A DNA stretch of 64,000 nt from Candidatus Sulfotelmatobacter sp. (GCA_036514015.1 DATBYA010000115.1:24113-88112), one strand, 5' to 3'. Positions 46,762 through 57,032 are shown, counted from the stretch's first letter. The notes: a model not told the origin generated them from the sequence alone. Translations and numbers: made by a program.

Positions 46762-47574
46762 TCATGCCTTCTGCACCTCATCGCTGACCACTTGAAAGTT
46801 AATCAAGCGTGCTTTTCCAAAGGACGTGGTAATCGCACAGTCGATTGCATCGCGGCCAGTAGCCATTACCACGCGTCCAATTCGCCGCACGTTGTGTCTG
46901 GCGTCAAACGTCCACCAGCGATTTCCCAAGTACACTTCAAACCAGGCGCTGAAGTCCATGGGACTCGGGGCCACGATCACGCCGATGTCGCCCAAATATC
47001 CCGTCGCATAACGAGCGGGAATGTTCAGGGCACGACAGAAAGTGATCGCCAGATGCTGAAAGTCCCGGCAGACCCCCACTCGCTCGGTATACACCCCCAG
47101 AGCTGTGCGGATGGGATTCGCAAACTCGTATCCAAAACTGACTTTCTGATGCACCCAATCGCACACTGCTTGGACTCGGTTCCATCCTTTTGGAGCATTC
47201 CAAAACAGTTCCGCCGCCGTGTTCGACAAAAGATCGACTTCACAATACCGGCTGCTCATCAGGTAGGGCAGAATATTCAGCGGCAGCCGACCGACTGGAA
47301 CCTCGGGCGCATCCAAATCAATAACGTCGGGTTGTCCGGAGTCCTCAATGAGCGTCGAATTCTGGAATCGAATCTTGCCGGGCGGAGCCACCAGGCGGCA
47401 GCCATGATTGCCAAAACTATCTTCGTAGTTCTCCACGTTCACAAGTGGGTCGGTGTGCAGTTCATCTGGCTCTCGTAAGTCTTTCCTCCGCGACGGGTGT
47501 ACGTTGAGCAAAGTCACGATGGGCACTTCGCCGACCGTCTCGAATTGGATGTCATAGCCCAGTCGAATTAGCAT
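46762..47574 (-). CDS. Transglutaminase-like cysteine-protease-fold protein
   Basis: MLIRLGYDIQFE...; core ERVGVCRDFQHLAITFCRALNIPARYATGYL ... FSAWFEVYLGNRWWTFDARHN supplies Cys, His and Asp. Confidence 0.85.
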   Translation of the reverse strand: MLIRLGYDIQFETVGEVPIVTLLNVHPSRRKDLREPDELHTDPLVNVENYEDSFGNHGCRLVAPPGKIRFQNSTLIEDSGQPDVIDLDAPEVPVGRLPLNILPYLMSSRYCEVDLLSNTAAELFWNAPKGWNRVQAVCDWVHQKVSFGYEFANPIRTALGVYTERVGVCRDFQHLAITFCRALNIPARYATGYLGDIGVIVAPSPMDFSAWFEVYLGNRWWTFDARHNVRRIGRVVMATGRDAIDCAITTSFGKARLINFQVVSDEVQKA

Positions 47575-47737
47575 GTACAGGGGTTCCTCTGGCGAGTGGT
47601 CTGCTTGCGCGGGGATGAGATGCAGAAACTAACACGTTCAACTGGTTGATCTTGCATCTTTTTTCTTGCTGGTCTGGATCACAAATTCGGCGCCAGCAAC
47701 CAGTGTATGATGCGGTAGCTTCACATCCGAGGGCAAA

Positions 47738-48517
47738 GTGACTTATTGTTTGGGAATTGCGACGCAGGAAGGTCTGGTATTGGCCTCGGATTCGAGGACC
47801 AATGCGGGTTTTGATCAGGTCAACGTCTGCCGCAAGATGTATCGCTTCGTTCAGCCTGGGGAGAGAGTATTTGTCATTTTGACCAGCGGCAGCCTCTCGA
47901 TCAGCCAATCGGTGATCACTTTGCTGGGCGACGATTTTGATTCCGGACGAGGGCTTGCCCAGGCCAATTCGCTGTATGACGCCGCTCGCATTGTAGGAGA
48001 CTGCGTGCGCCGGATCTCCGACATTGACCGCGCTTCGCTGGAGCGGGATTCCTTCAGCTTCAACGTTCACTTGCTGCTGGGGGGACAGGTTCGGGGGCAA
48101 GAGCCCAACCTCTATCTGATCTATCCCCAGGGAAATCCTCTGGCGGCCACGGAAGATTCCCTTTATTTGCAACTGGGTGAGTGCAAATACGGCCGGCCGA
48201 TTCTTGACCGCGGCATTCAATCCACCACCTCCCTCGAGGTCGCGGCGAAATACGCTCTGCTCTCCCTCGATGCAACCATGCGCTCGAACGTGACCGTAGG
48301 CCCGCCCTTCGATCTGTTGTTGTACAAGAAAGACAGCCTGCAAATTACTCGATACCGCCGAGTTTCCGCCGGCGACAAAGACTTAAACTTAATTCACTCA
48401 AGCTGGGAGCAATCCCTGCGGCGGGCGGTGGAACAGTTGCCCGACATCGAATTCGACTCTTCCGGCAGCGAAAACCCGGCGCCAGGCATCCGAGAAGTCG
48501 CGCAGTCCAGGAGATAG
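47738..48517 (+). CDS. Anbu (ancestral beta-subunit) proteasome-like peptidase
   Basis: GTG 47738 follows GAGGG. MTYCLGIATQEGLVLASDSRTNAG...VCRKMY places Thr directly after Met, with Asp17- and Lys33-equivalent residues. The Ntn-hydrolase beta-subunit pattern and the gene neighbourhood are typical of Anbu. Confidence 0.8.
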   Translation: MTYCLGIATQEGLVLASDSRTNAGFDQVNVCRKMYRFVQPGERVFVILTSGSLSISQSVITLLGDDFDSGRGLAQANSLYDAARIVGDCVRRISDIDRASLERDSFSFNVHLLLGGQVRGQEPNLYLIYPQGNPLAATEDSLYLQLGECKYGRPILDRGIQSTTSLEVAAKYALLSLDATMRSNVTVGPPFDLLLYKKDSLQITRYRRVSAGDKDLNLIHSSWEQSLRRAVEQLPDIEFDSSGSENPAPGIREVAQSRR

Positions 48518-48620
48518 TCAATTAGACCGCTCCCAGCAGTTTCTTCAATGACGCGAATCGGTTTTCCCGATCCTCAATTCGCTGTCGATACGCTATTCTG
48601 GCGAGGCATACGGCGTCAGC

Positions 48621-50093
48621 ATGATCACAGAAACGGACATGTCCGATCGTAGCGGTGCGAACGCCCTCCACCGCTACGAATTCAATGGCGCTTACGACGA
48701 GATGTTCAGCAGCGTGGACCATCCCCGAAAACAATATCGTCCACTGCACAACTTGCTTCTGAACCTGGGCCCGGACGAGTTGTTGCGCAGCAAACACGAG
48801 GCTGACCAATCCTTTTTCAACCAGGGCATCACTTTCACGGTTTATGGAAATGATAAAGGGACGGAGCGAATTTTTCCTCACGACCTGCTGCCCAGGATCA
48901 TCACGGCGGCGGAATGGGAAAAAATTGAGCGCGGACTGACGCAACGGATCACGGCGCTGAATCTTTTTCTCAAAGATATCTACCATGAGGGCAAGATCAT
49001 TGAAGACGGCGTCGTGCCCGGAAGCATTGTCTACACCTGCAAGCATTACCGCCGCGAAATGCGCGGCGTCAAAGTTCCCCGAGACGTGTACATCACAGTG
49101 GTTGGCACGGACTTGATCCGGAACCCGGAGGGAAACTTCGTGGTCCTCGAGGACAATCTGCGCGTCCCCAGCGGAGTCTCTTACATGCTCACCAGCCGCA
49201 GGGTAATGAAACAGATATTCCCCGGACTGTTTCAAAAATGCCGAGTGCGGCCCATTGAGCAGTACAGCCAGGTACTTTTGTCGACCCTGCGGTCTTTAGC
49301 CCCGGAAGGCCGCTCCGAACCGACCGTGGTCTTGCTGACGCCGGGCTCTTACAACTCCGCTTACTTCGAACATACCTATCTGGCTCGGCAGATGGGGATT
49401 GAATTGGTCGAGGGACAAGACTTGGTGGTCCACGACAATATCGTTTACATGCGAACCACCTTCGGTCTGCAGCGCGTGGATGTGATCTATCGTCGAATCG
49501 ACGACGACTATCTCGATCCGCTGGTTTTCGAAAATGGCTCCAGCCTGGGCGCCGCGGGTCTTTTTAATGCCTATCGCGCCGGAAACGTAGCCTTCGCCAA
49601 TGCGCTGGGCACCGGCGTCGCCGATGACAAGGCGATTTACGCCTTTGTGCCCAAAATCATTCGTTACTATCTCGATCAGGATCCGATCCTGGACGGCGTC
49701 GAAACTTTATTGATGTCCGATCCCGGGCAGCGCGAACAGGTCTGCCAGAGGTTGGAGGAGTACGTGGTGAAAGCAGTGGGCGAGTCCGGCGGATATGGAA
49801 TGCTGATCGGCCCGCATAGTTCGGAGCAAGAGCGCTCCGAATTTCGCCAAAAGATTTATGCTCAGCCGAGAAACTACATCGCACAACCTACGATCAATCT
49901 CTCGACTGCGCCGTGTCTTGTCGACGGGCTTATCGAGCCCCGTCACGTCGATCTCCGTCCTTATATTCTCTACGGCGACAAGATCACCATCGTCCCCGGC
50001 GGCCTCACCCGGGTAGCCTTGCGCAAGGGCTCGCTGGTCGTGAATTCGTCGCAAGGCGGAGGTTCGAAAGATACATGGGTCTTGCAGAATTGA
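48621..50093 (+). CDS. Circularly permuted type-2 ATP-grasp protein
   Basis: 490 aa. ...[11 protein letters not shown]...[12 protein letters not shown]...LFLKDIY...[31 protein letters not shown]...[27 protein letters not shown]...[15 protein letters not shown]... matches the CP_ATPgrasp family as I recall it. Confidence 0.85.
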   Translation: MITETDMSDRSGANALHRYEFNGAYDEMFSSVDHPRKQYRPLHNLLLNLGPDELLRSKHEADQSFFNQGITFTVYGNDKGTERIFPHDLLPRIITAAEWEKIERGLTQRITALNLFLKDIYHEGKIIEDGVVPGSIVYTCKHYRREMRGVKVPRDVYITVVGTDLIRNPEGNFVVLEDNLRVPSGVSYMLTSRRVMKQIFPGLFQKCRVRPIEQYSQVLLSTLRSLAPEGRSEPTVVLLTPGSYNSAYFEHTYLARQMGIELVEGQDLVVHDNIVYMRTTFGLQRVDVIYRRIDDDYLDPLVFENGSSLGAAGLFNAYRAGNVAFANALGTGVADDKAIYAFVPKIIRYYLDQDPILDGVETLLMSDPGQREQVCQRLEEYVVKAVGESGGYGMLIGPHSSEQERSEFRQKIYAQPRNYIAQPTINLSTAPCLVDGLIEPRHVDLRPYILYGDKITIVPGGLTRVALRKGSLVVNSSQGGGSKDTWVLQN

Positions 50094-50122
50094 GATTTGG
50101 AAGAGTTGGGTGAAAAACGCTC

Positions 50123-51055
50123 ATGCTTTCCCGCGTTGCCGACAGTCTGTACTGGATGAGCCGCTATTTCGAGCGGGCGGACAATGCTTCGCGTGTGCTC
50201 AAGGCCACCTACGGTCTGATTTTGAATCCGGCAAAGTTTTCCACCGAAGAGCGGTGGTTTCGCGCCGTCTCCTCGCTGGCCCCCGGTACGGCTTCCAAGA
50301 GCGTCGACCCACAGCGGGCTCTGTTCTCTTTAGTAGCGGACCCGGAAGGAACTTTTTCGATTGTCAAATGTATCAGTGGAGCTCGCGAAAATGCTCGACA
50401 AGTCCGCGAGGAAATCAGCTCGGAGATGTGGGAACACCTGAACCGCCTTTTCCACGACGTAACCGGTTTTGAATTGCAACCCGACGACGATGTCGGCGCC
50501 ATGCGAGTGGTGAGCCTGATTCGCGAAGGCTCGTACCGGTTCAATGGAATTTCCGCCGCGACGATGAATCACGACGAGGCCTGGCATTTTATCCAGTTAG
50601 GCAAATATATCGAGAGAGCGTGCAATCTCTGCGTCATGCTGGACGCTTATTTTGTCGTCGGCAAGCACGCCGACGATCTGGATTGGGTCGGCCTGCTGAG
50701 CAGTTGTGCTGCCTTTGAAGCTTACTGCAAGGCGTGCACCGCGGAACTGAAACCGGAGCGAATCGCGAATTTTCTGCTGCTCAAGCCCGAGTTCCCTTAT
50801 TCGGTCCGCTATTCGGTGGACCGAATGCACCAGGCCTTGACCGCGATCAGTAATCTTTCCTTGAGCCGGCGGAGCGAGAGTGTCGAAAGATTGATCGGCC
50901 GTTTGCGATCGATGGTCACCTATGTACAGATCGGCGAAATCATCGCCGGATTGCACAAATATCTTGCGGCAATTATCGAGCAATGCCGCGAACTGCATGC
51001 GGCCGTGCACGAGCTCTATATCGAATATCCGATTGAAGTTGCTTTTCAAAACTGA
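50123..51055 (+). CDS. Alpha-E domain protein
   Basis: MLSRVADSLYWMSRYFERADNASRVL... and ...WHFIQLGKYIERACNLCVMLD are hallmark alpha-E (DUF403) N-terminal and central motifs. Confidence 0.85.
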   Translation: MLSRVADSLYWMSRYFERADNASRVLKATYGLILNPAKFSTEERWFRAVSSLAPGTASKSVDPQRALFSLVADPEGTFSIVKCISGARENARQVREEISSEMWEHLNRLFHDVTGFELQPDDDVGAMRVVSLIREGSYRFNGISAATMNHDEAWHFIQLGKYIERACNLCVMLDAYFVVGKHADDLDWVGLLSSCAAFEAYCKACTAELKPERIANFLLLKPEFPYSVRYSVDRMHQALTAISNLSLSRRSESVERLIGRLRSMVTYVQIGEIIAGLHKYLAAIIEQCRELHAAVHELYIEYPIEVAFQN

Positions 51056-52018
51056 ATGTTCTACGCCATTCGCCATTTCACGCGCTACCGCTACAGTCGC
51101 TCCGTCTGGCAGAGCATGATGGAGGTTCGCATGCACCCCCGCAGCGAGGGCCACCAGCGCTGCTTTGTCTTTCAGCTGTCGGTAAATCCGCGCGCCCGGA
51201 TTTTTGGCTATACCGATTCCTACGGCAATCTAGTGCACCACTTCGACCTGCCTTCCCGTCATGGCCAGCTGACCATCATTTCCGACGCTCTGGTAAATAT
51301 CGACGTCCAGCCATCGATTCCCGAAATCATGGAATACCAACGGTGGCAGGAACTGGAAGATCTAATCGAAAAAAAAGATTATTGGGACATGCTGATGCCG
51401 AGCCATTTCGCACGCTCGTCACCGGAACTGGAACAGTTAGCCGGGGAAATCGGAGCGAGCGAGCGAAAGGGTCGTAGTCCCCTGGCCTTCCTGCAAGATA
51501 TTGCTTCCGGGGTGCATCGCAGCTTCAGCTATGTAAAGAAGAGCACGGCGGTAAATTCACCGATAGAGGATGCGCTTCGCTCCAGGCAGGGCGTGTGTCA
51601 GGATTTTGCCCACATCATGATCGCGCTGGTCAGGAATGCCAGGATTCCCTGTCGCTATGTCAGCGGATACCTTTACCAAGGTGGCGAAAATGCGCATCCT
51701 TCCGCTGACGGAGCCACCCATGCATGGGTGGAAGCTCTGCTGCCCAGGATTGGCTGGATCGGATTCGATCCCACTACGAATCTCCCCGCTGGGGAGAAGC
51801 ACATTCGCACCGCGATCGGCCGCGATTATGCCGACGTTCCCCCCACCATGGGCATGATGAAGGGAAAAGCGGACACCGAACTCCAGGTGCGAGTTCGAGT
51901 GACTCCGTCGCAAGCGGTGCTTCCTCCCGACGAGGAATTCGCGGCCGACGAAGAATGGTCCCAATTCTTGGACGAGACCGAGCAATCTCACTCGGCCGAA
52001 ACGCAGCAACAGCAGTAG
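51056..52018 (+). CDS. Transglutaminase family protein (Bact_transglu_N plus transglutaminase core)
   Basis: The start abuts the alpha-E stop (TGAATG). MFYAIRHFTRYRYSRSV...; core RQGVCQDFAHIMIALVRNARIPCRYVSGYLY ... ATHAWVEALLPRIGWIGFDPTN. Confidence 0.9.
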   Translation: MFYAIRHFTRYRYSRSVWQSMMEVRMHPRSEGHQRCFVFQLSVNPRARIFGYTDSYGNLVHHFDLPSRHGQLTIISDALVNIDVQPSIPEIMEYQRWQELEDLIEKKDYWDMLMPSHFARSSPELEQLAGEIGASERKGRSPLAFLQDIASGVHRSFSYVKKSTAVNSPIEDALRSRQGVCQDFAHIMIALVRNARIPCRYVSGYLYQGGENAHPSADGATHAWVEALLPRIGWIGFDPTTNLPAGEKHIRTAIGRDYADVPPTMGMMKGKADTELQVRVRVTPSQAVLPPDEEFAADEEWSQFLDETEQSHSAETQQQQ

Positions 52019-52028
52019 GGGCCGAGAG

Positions 52029-52289
52029 ATGGATCGCCGCTGGGGGTTCGCGAAAGATTCCACCGTCGCCTTGCCGGTCGAAGGCAAAGAACACGTGCTA
52101 CGTCTGCTTCAGGAAATTCCACTCGGAGAGGCGGAACAAGCTGCGGTCGAGGATGGCGTTGCGGCCTATGAAAAGCGGTTGCTTAAACTGGCGGATGTTG
52201 CAACGCCAGCGGGTCCGACTCGGCGAAAGATCGGTCCCGGACGGGTGCAAATCACACGTTGTCAGACCAGTGTTCGAGATCGCGGCTAG
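52029..52289 (+). CDS. Possible small hypothetical protein (86 aa) trailing the Anbu cluster
   Basis: The ORF starts 11 nt after the transglutaminase stop. Its helical-looking middle is VEGKEHVLRLLQEIPLGEAEQAAVEDGVAAYEKRLLKL. There is no clear RBS and no recognisable family, so it may be non-coding. Confidence 0.25.
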   Translation: MDRRWGFAKDSTVALPVEGKEHVLRLLQEIPLGEAEQAAVEDGVAAYEKRLLKLADVATPAGPTRRKIGPGRVQITRCQTSVRDRG

Positions 52290-52414
52290 AACGAGGTAAA
52301 GGCCCCAGCAACCACTTCCACCTGGGGGTCTACCGCCCAAAACATCCTTACCGATCTCGTCAACAGTTGCCTCTGTGAATGCGGACGGTGGCAGAGTAGC
52401 CTCTTTTTCGCTGT

Positions 52415-55078
52415 TCAATCCGTGCGAAGCGCCTGCATGGGATCGCTGGATGCGGCGCGCCGGGCGGGGATGAAGGCAGCGATCAGGCCCGTGATCGCCG
52501 CAATGACGGAAACCAGCGCCAATATGGCGGGATTACGCGAACCGGTTCCATACAGCATGCTTTTGAGCGCCGAGGTCGCGAGCAAGGATGCCAGGACTCC
52601 GACAGTTACTCCGATGGCAAGAAGTGCACTGGCCTCGCGCAAAACTTCGTTCAGTACATGGCTGCGTTGTGCTCCGAGCGCCATGCGAATGCCAATCTCC
52701 CGCTTCCGTCGTGAAATGGAGTACGTCATGACACCGTAAAGCCCGACAACGGTGAGCGAGATAGCCAGTGCAGCAAAGACGCCGAGCAATACCATTGCGA
52801 ACCTAGGCTGCGAAAGTTCGCTGAACATCAGCTCCTGCATCGTGCGGACGTTGGTGACCGGAATGTCCTTATCCATGGATGCAACCAGTTGCCGCGCAGT
52901 CGGCTCCATGCTACGCGGGTTTACCGAGGTGCGCATCACGGTATGCAGGCAGCACCAATGGCTTAGCTGCGTTGACGGCAGATACATCTCCGGGCGCATC
53001 TCGCGCTGCGTCGCGGAGAGCCGCACGCTTCCCACCACGCCCACAATCTCACGCCACGGGGGGCCCTCTCCCGGCCCATCGTCTGCACCTGGCCTGATCC
53101 TCTTCCCCACGACATTCTCTCCGGGGAAGAACTTTTGCCCGAATGCCTGGTCGACGATCATCACCTGTTGTGATTCCATGTTGTCCCGGTCAGAGAAATC
53201 TCGCCCCTTCAATACCGGAATCTGCATGGTCCTGAAGTAGTCCTGCGTGATCACCGTCACATTGGCGCCAGCGCGCTGTTCCTCGGGGACGGGATGTTCC
53301 GGATCCTCAAAAGTGATGTCGGCGCCATCGTCTGTCATCGGCATGATCGCCACACCGGCTGCCGATTGCACCCCCGGCAGCGCGCGGACCTTTTCGAAAT
53401 ACTGTCCATAGAATTCCGGGCGTATATCCTTGTACCGCCAGTCGGGCGTTTCAAAGAAATACGTCAACAAATGGTCGGGATTAAACCCTTCGTCGGTGTG
53501 CCGTAGATGCATGAAGCTGGTAATGAGCAATCCAGCAGAGGCGGCAAGTACCAAGCCGAGTGCGACCTGTCCAACGATCAGGGTGGAGCGCAGCCAGTCG
53601 CGGCTGGAGATCTCCGTGCGCCCTCCTTCTTTAAGCGACGACACCAACTCGGTCTTCGATGCGGTGATCGCCGGCACGATCCCGAATATCAGTCCGGCCA
53701 CAGATGAGATAGCGATGACAAATGCCAGAACGCGCAGGTCCACTCCGGCATCCGCGGCGCGCGGGATGGTGTCGCCGACAAGTGACAACATAACTGGCGT
53801 GCAGGCGAAGGCCAGGCAGCACCCGGCAAACCCACCTGCGGTGCTCAACACAAAGCTCTCCACCAGCAATTGACGGATGATCCGGCCGCGGCCCGCTCCC
53901 AACGCCGTGCGCATAGCGATCTCGCGTTGCCGCTCGCGCATTCGCGCCAGCAACAGGTTCGCAACGTTGCCACATGCAATCAGCAGCACCAGCGCCACGG
54001 CACCCAACACAATCATCAGGGCTGTTTGCGTGTCGCCGACCAGCGCAGTGAGTTCCGTTCGCGCTTTGGCTGAATCGTTATGGGTGTTTGTGGCTGGATA
54101 TTGTTTGGCAAGAATGGCGGCAATCGTGCTGAGATCCCGGTTGGCCTGGGCGACCGTTACACCCGTCTTGAGTCGGCCTATCGCATTCAGAAAGTGCATA
54201 CCGCGCTTGGTTGTTGAGGGATCGGTCGAGTCTTCGTCTACCGCCAGCGTGGTCCACATGCCGTTCTGCGGTGAAGTCATCGGGAAACGGAAAGAAGCAG
54301 GCATGACGCCGATGATAGTGAACAGCTGGTCACTCAGGGACACGGTCCGCCCAACAATGGCGGTGTCTCCGGCAAACTGCGTCATCCACAGCGCATGGCT
54401 GATCAACGCCACTCGCGTTCCCGGCTTCTCCTCCTCCGGCGAAAATCCGCGCCCGATTTCGGGCCGAGCCCCCAGCGTCGGCAGCAAGTCCCATGAGACG
54501 ATCTGTGCATCCACATGAACCGGCCTGCTCACTCCTGTCATCGTGTAGGACGTATCGTGGTACGAGACCAGATGCGTAAGGGTGTGATTGCCCGATCGCA
54601 TGTCAAAAAAATCAGGATAGGACAAGTTGCGGCTGTAGTCCTGAGGGAATCTGCTGTTCATCGGAACCACATCGATCAACTGTTCCGGGTGGTCGTATGG
54701 CAGCGGCCGAAGCATCACCGCGTCAACCACGCTGAAGGTCGCGGTATTGGCGCCGATTCCCAACGCCAGTGTTACGATGGCGGTGATCGTGAAACTTGGG
54801 GATTTGAGCAGTTGCCGGCAGGCCAGACGGATATCCCGCCAGATGTTCTCAATCACTAGGGCGGCATCCTCACCGACGACTCGCTCCTCGATTGCAGTTC
54901 GGTTACCGAATCGGAGTAACGCATCGCGCCGCGCTTCCTCCGGTGACATACCGTTGGCAATGTTGTCCTCGATTCGCATTTCAACGTGCGACCCGAGCTC
55001 GGCATCAATCTCACGCGCTACCTTCGATGGGGAGAAAAGATTCGCGACTCGTCGAAATGTCGACACGAATACCCTCAC
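52415..55078 (-). CDS. Duplicated MacB/FtsX-type ABC permease (acidobacterial 'ADOP' type)
   Basis: Two MacB_PCD plus FtsX modules (8 TM). The N-terminus ...FRRVANLFSPSKVAREIDAELGSHVEMRIEDNIANGMSPEEARRDALLRFGN is typical of the family. GTG 55078 overlaps the padR stop (GTGA). The track ORF extends a further 49 codons over padR. Confidence 0.85.
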   Translation of the reverse strand: MRVFVSTFRRVANLFSPSKVAREIDAELGSHVEMRIEDNIANGMSPEEARRDALLRFGNRTAIEERVVGEDAALVIENIWRDIRLACRQLLKSPSFTITAIVTLALGIGANTATFSVVDAVMLRPLPYDHPEQLIDVVPMNSRFPQDYSRNLSYPDFFDMRSGNHTLTHLVSYHDTSYTMTGVSRPVHVDAQIVSWDLLPTLGARPEIGRGFSPEEEKPGTRVALISHALWMTQFAGDTAIVGRTVSLSDQLFTIIGVMPASFRFPMTSPQNGMWTTLAVDEDSTDPSTTKRGMHFLNAIGRLKTGVTVAQANRDLSTIAAILAKQYPATNTHNDSAKARTELTALVGDTQTALMIVLGAVALVLLIACGNVANLLLARMRERQREIAMRTALGAGRGRIIRQLLVESFVLSTAGGFAGCCLAFACTPVMLSLVGDTIPRAADAGVDLRVLAFVIAISSVAGLIFGIVPAITASKTELVSSLKEGGRTEISSRDWLRSTLIVGQVALGLVLAASAGLLITSFMHLRHTDEGFNPDHLLTYFFETPDWRYKDIRPEFYGQYFEKVRALPGVQSAAGVAIMPMTDDGADITFEDPEHPVPEEQRAGANVTVITQDYFRTMQIPVLKGRDFSDRDNMESQQVMIVDQAFGQKFFPGENVVGKRIRPGADDGPGEGPPWREIVGVVGSVRLSATQREMRPEMYLPSTQLSHWCCLHTVMRTSVNPRSMEPTARQLVASMDKDIPVTNVRTMQELMFSELSQPRFAMVLLGVFAALAISLTVVGLYGVMTYSISRRKREIGIRMALGAQRSHVLNEVLREASALLAIGVTVGVLASLLATSALKSMLYGTGSRNPAILALVSVIAAITGLIAAFIPARRAASSDPMQALRTD

Positions 55079-55413
55079 GCGAAGCGGAGTACGGCGCGTA
55101 CGCCTTTTACCAGATGCTCGAAGCTCTTTTCTGCGCGCTCCAACTGTTTCCGTCCGGCGGCTGTCAGCCTGTAATACTTCGCTTTTCGATTCGTCTCTGT
55201 CAGAGCCCATTCCGAACTGATCCACCCATCCTGCTCCATGCGGTGGAGGGCTGGGTACAGGGAACCTTCCTCAACGCTTAGGAGTGCATCAGAAACACGC
55301 TGGATGTGCAGGACAATTCCATAGCCGTGCAAAGAGCCCGTCTGTGCAAGGGTCTTTAGAACGAGCAGATCTAGCGCTCCCTGTAAATCATTCTTGGCCA
55401 TGATTGATCTCAC
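55075..55413 (-). CDS. PadR-family transcriptional regulator
   Basis: ALDLLVLKTLAQTGSLHGYGIVLHIQRVSDALLSVEEGSLYPALHRMEQDGWISSEW is a canonical PadR winged helix. Confidence 0.9.
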   Translation of the reverse strand: MRSIMAKNDLQGALDLLVLKTLAQTGSLHGYGIVLHIQRVSDALLSVEEGSLYPALHRMEQDGWISSEWALTETNRKAKYYRLTAAGRKQLERAEKSFEHLVKGVRAVLRFA

Positions 55414-55749
55414 CTAGCTGTCTTGGTATTAGACGATGCTATCCATAGATGCTTAGGGGTGTCAAGACGAGTCTTCCCGAGTGGTTTTGTGACGCTTCTT
55501 AGGTGCGAATCACGGCCCGAAAACCATGGAACTTATGCCGGTCACCGTAACCATAAACCAGGTTTTCCTCAAAAGAGCCAAAAGGCTCAGTCGAGTCCGG
55601 ATGGCCTTGGTTTCACTCGCGGAGTGTGTGTCGGTGAAGGGGCCAGCGGAAAATACTTGCCAATTGCCATGATTTCGCATAATGCACGTCGCCGGATTGT
55701 TTCCGGGGCAAGATTGACGCTTGCCTGAAAAAGACTCTGGAAACCAAGC

Positions 55750-55985
55750 CGCAGCGAATCCAGATTTCGGCGGCATGGACTTCCCGCGATGGCGCTCCCT
55801 TGGAACGGAATCAGTATGTGGAGGTGGAGATCAAGAAACGAAGGCCAATGGCGCAGGCAACAAGGTGTCGGCCTGCCAGAAGCCGTGCGAGAAGATGACT
55901 GAGGCCATCGTCATGGACGGCGGCAGGCGCGGACAGGGCGTCAAGGTTTGTGCCGATCCAGCTTGCCGCATCCTCCATCCCATAC
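55750..55985 (+). pseudogene. Possible frameshifted relic of the C-terminal part of a ParB-like (mobile-element type) protein
   Basis: One frame reads ...RIQISAAWTSRDGAPLERNQYVEVEIKKRRP. The next frame reads ...KVSACQKPCEKMTEAIVMDGGRRGQGVKVCADPACRILHP. From memory this resembles the ...YG..KEGS.VLPRN.YVEI...C....TEAI..EG...G...KVC..P.CPVHHP tail of ICE/plasmid ParB-like proteins. No intact ORF, and not searched. Confidence 0.3.
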
Positions 55986-55991
55986 GATGGA

Positions 55992-56939
55992 TTATTTCTG
56001 GGCGGCCGCGCGGGCAAGTTCGCGCCATGTGACCAGCTTGATGTTCTGTTGCGCCAGAACCTGGCGGAACTGGTCGCTCGTGAAAAAATCGAAGTCGCGC
56101 TGCCGCCAGGCCGCACCCCAGGTGGGACGTTCGCGGGTTGCGGCACGCAGTTCTTCGTCGTCGTAACCGGGATGGATGACAAACTCCGTGACGCCGGGTT
56201 TCAGATTCCTGAGCGCGGTCAGATAAAAGTCCGCCCACTTTTCCGGCGGGACTTCCGGTTCAATCGTGACCGTGTGATCCAACACAATATCTCCTGGACC
56301 GAGACGGGCCGACAGGTAGGGATAGGCAGCAAACCAATCTCGGGTAACGAACACTGGCAACTTGTAGTCATGGGCCACGCGTAGCATCACCTCGAACAGA
56401 TCCTTACCGCTCATGATCAGCCGATACTGATGCGAATCGAGATGCGTGGGACGAACTCCCATCGCCAGCGCGCGCTCGATCTGGGCGCGCAGTTCGATCT
56501 CGACTTCCTTGGCATCGATTTTCTTTGCCCCGATGTGCTCGTTCTGCTCCCAATCGTGATGAAAGTAGCCGTTTTCATCTACCAAGCTCGGCACTTTGTC
56601 CGCCGGCGCGGCCGGACCCCAGCGGTAGTAGACTCGCTCGGCCGTCAGGGTGAGGTGCAGCCCCAGGTCGGCGTCGGGATGAGACTTGGCGTAGTCGGCC
56701 ATCTCCGGGAACCATGGACAAGGCACCATCAGACTAGCGGAGTTGATCGTGCCGCCGGTGAGAGCCTTCATAGCGGCGGCATTGACGGCGTGCGTTTCGC
56801 CCAGATCGTCGGCGTGGACAATAATGAGCTTGGTGCCGGGAGGGTAGCCCAGGCGGTCCGCCAAAGTTTGCGCAAAAGCCTCGAGTGTGAAGAGAAGAAG
56901 GCCGACCAGCAATAGGAGGAAGAAAGGGCGAGAAATCAT
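55992..56939 (-). CDS. YdjC/ChbG-family carbohydrate deacetylase with signal peptide
   Basis: Signal MISRPFFLLLLVGLLLFTLEAFAQ, then KLIIVHADDLGETHAVNAA...GTINSASLMVPCPW...DLGLHLTLTAE...THLDSHQY. Confidence 0.8.
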   Translation of the reverse strand: MISRPFFLLLLVGLLLFTLEAFAQTLADRLGYPPGTKLIIVHADDLGETHAVNAAAMKALTGGTINSASLMVPCPWFPEMADYAKSHPDADLGLHLTLTAERVYYRWGPAAPADKVPSLVDENGYFHHDWEQNEHIGAKKIDAKEVEIELRAQIERALAMGVRPTHLDSHQYRLIMSGKDLFEVMLRVAHDYKLPVFVTRDWFAAYPYLSARLGPGDIVLDHTVTIEPEVPPEKWADFYLTALRNLKPGVTEFVIHPGYDDEELRAATRERPTWGAAWRQRDFDFFTSDQFRQVLAQQNIKLVTWRELARAAAQK

Positions 56940-57032
56940 AGGCGATTAGTAAATCACATCGGACTCACCTACGGCTCGGAGTTTGGTGGTAGACGCTCAC
57001 GCCTGAGCGCATTCCCGAAATCGATCCTCAGG

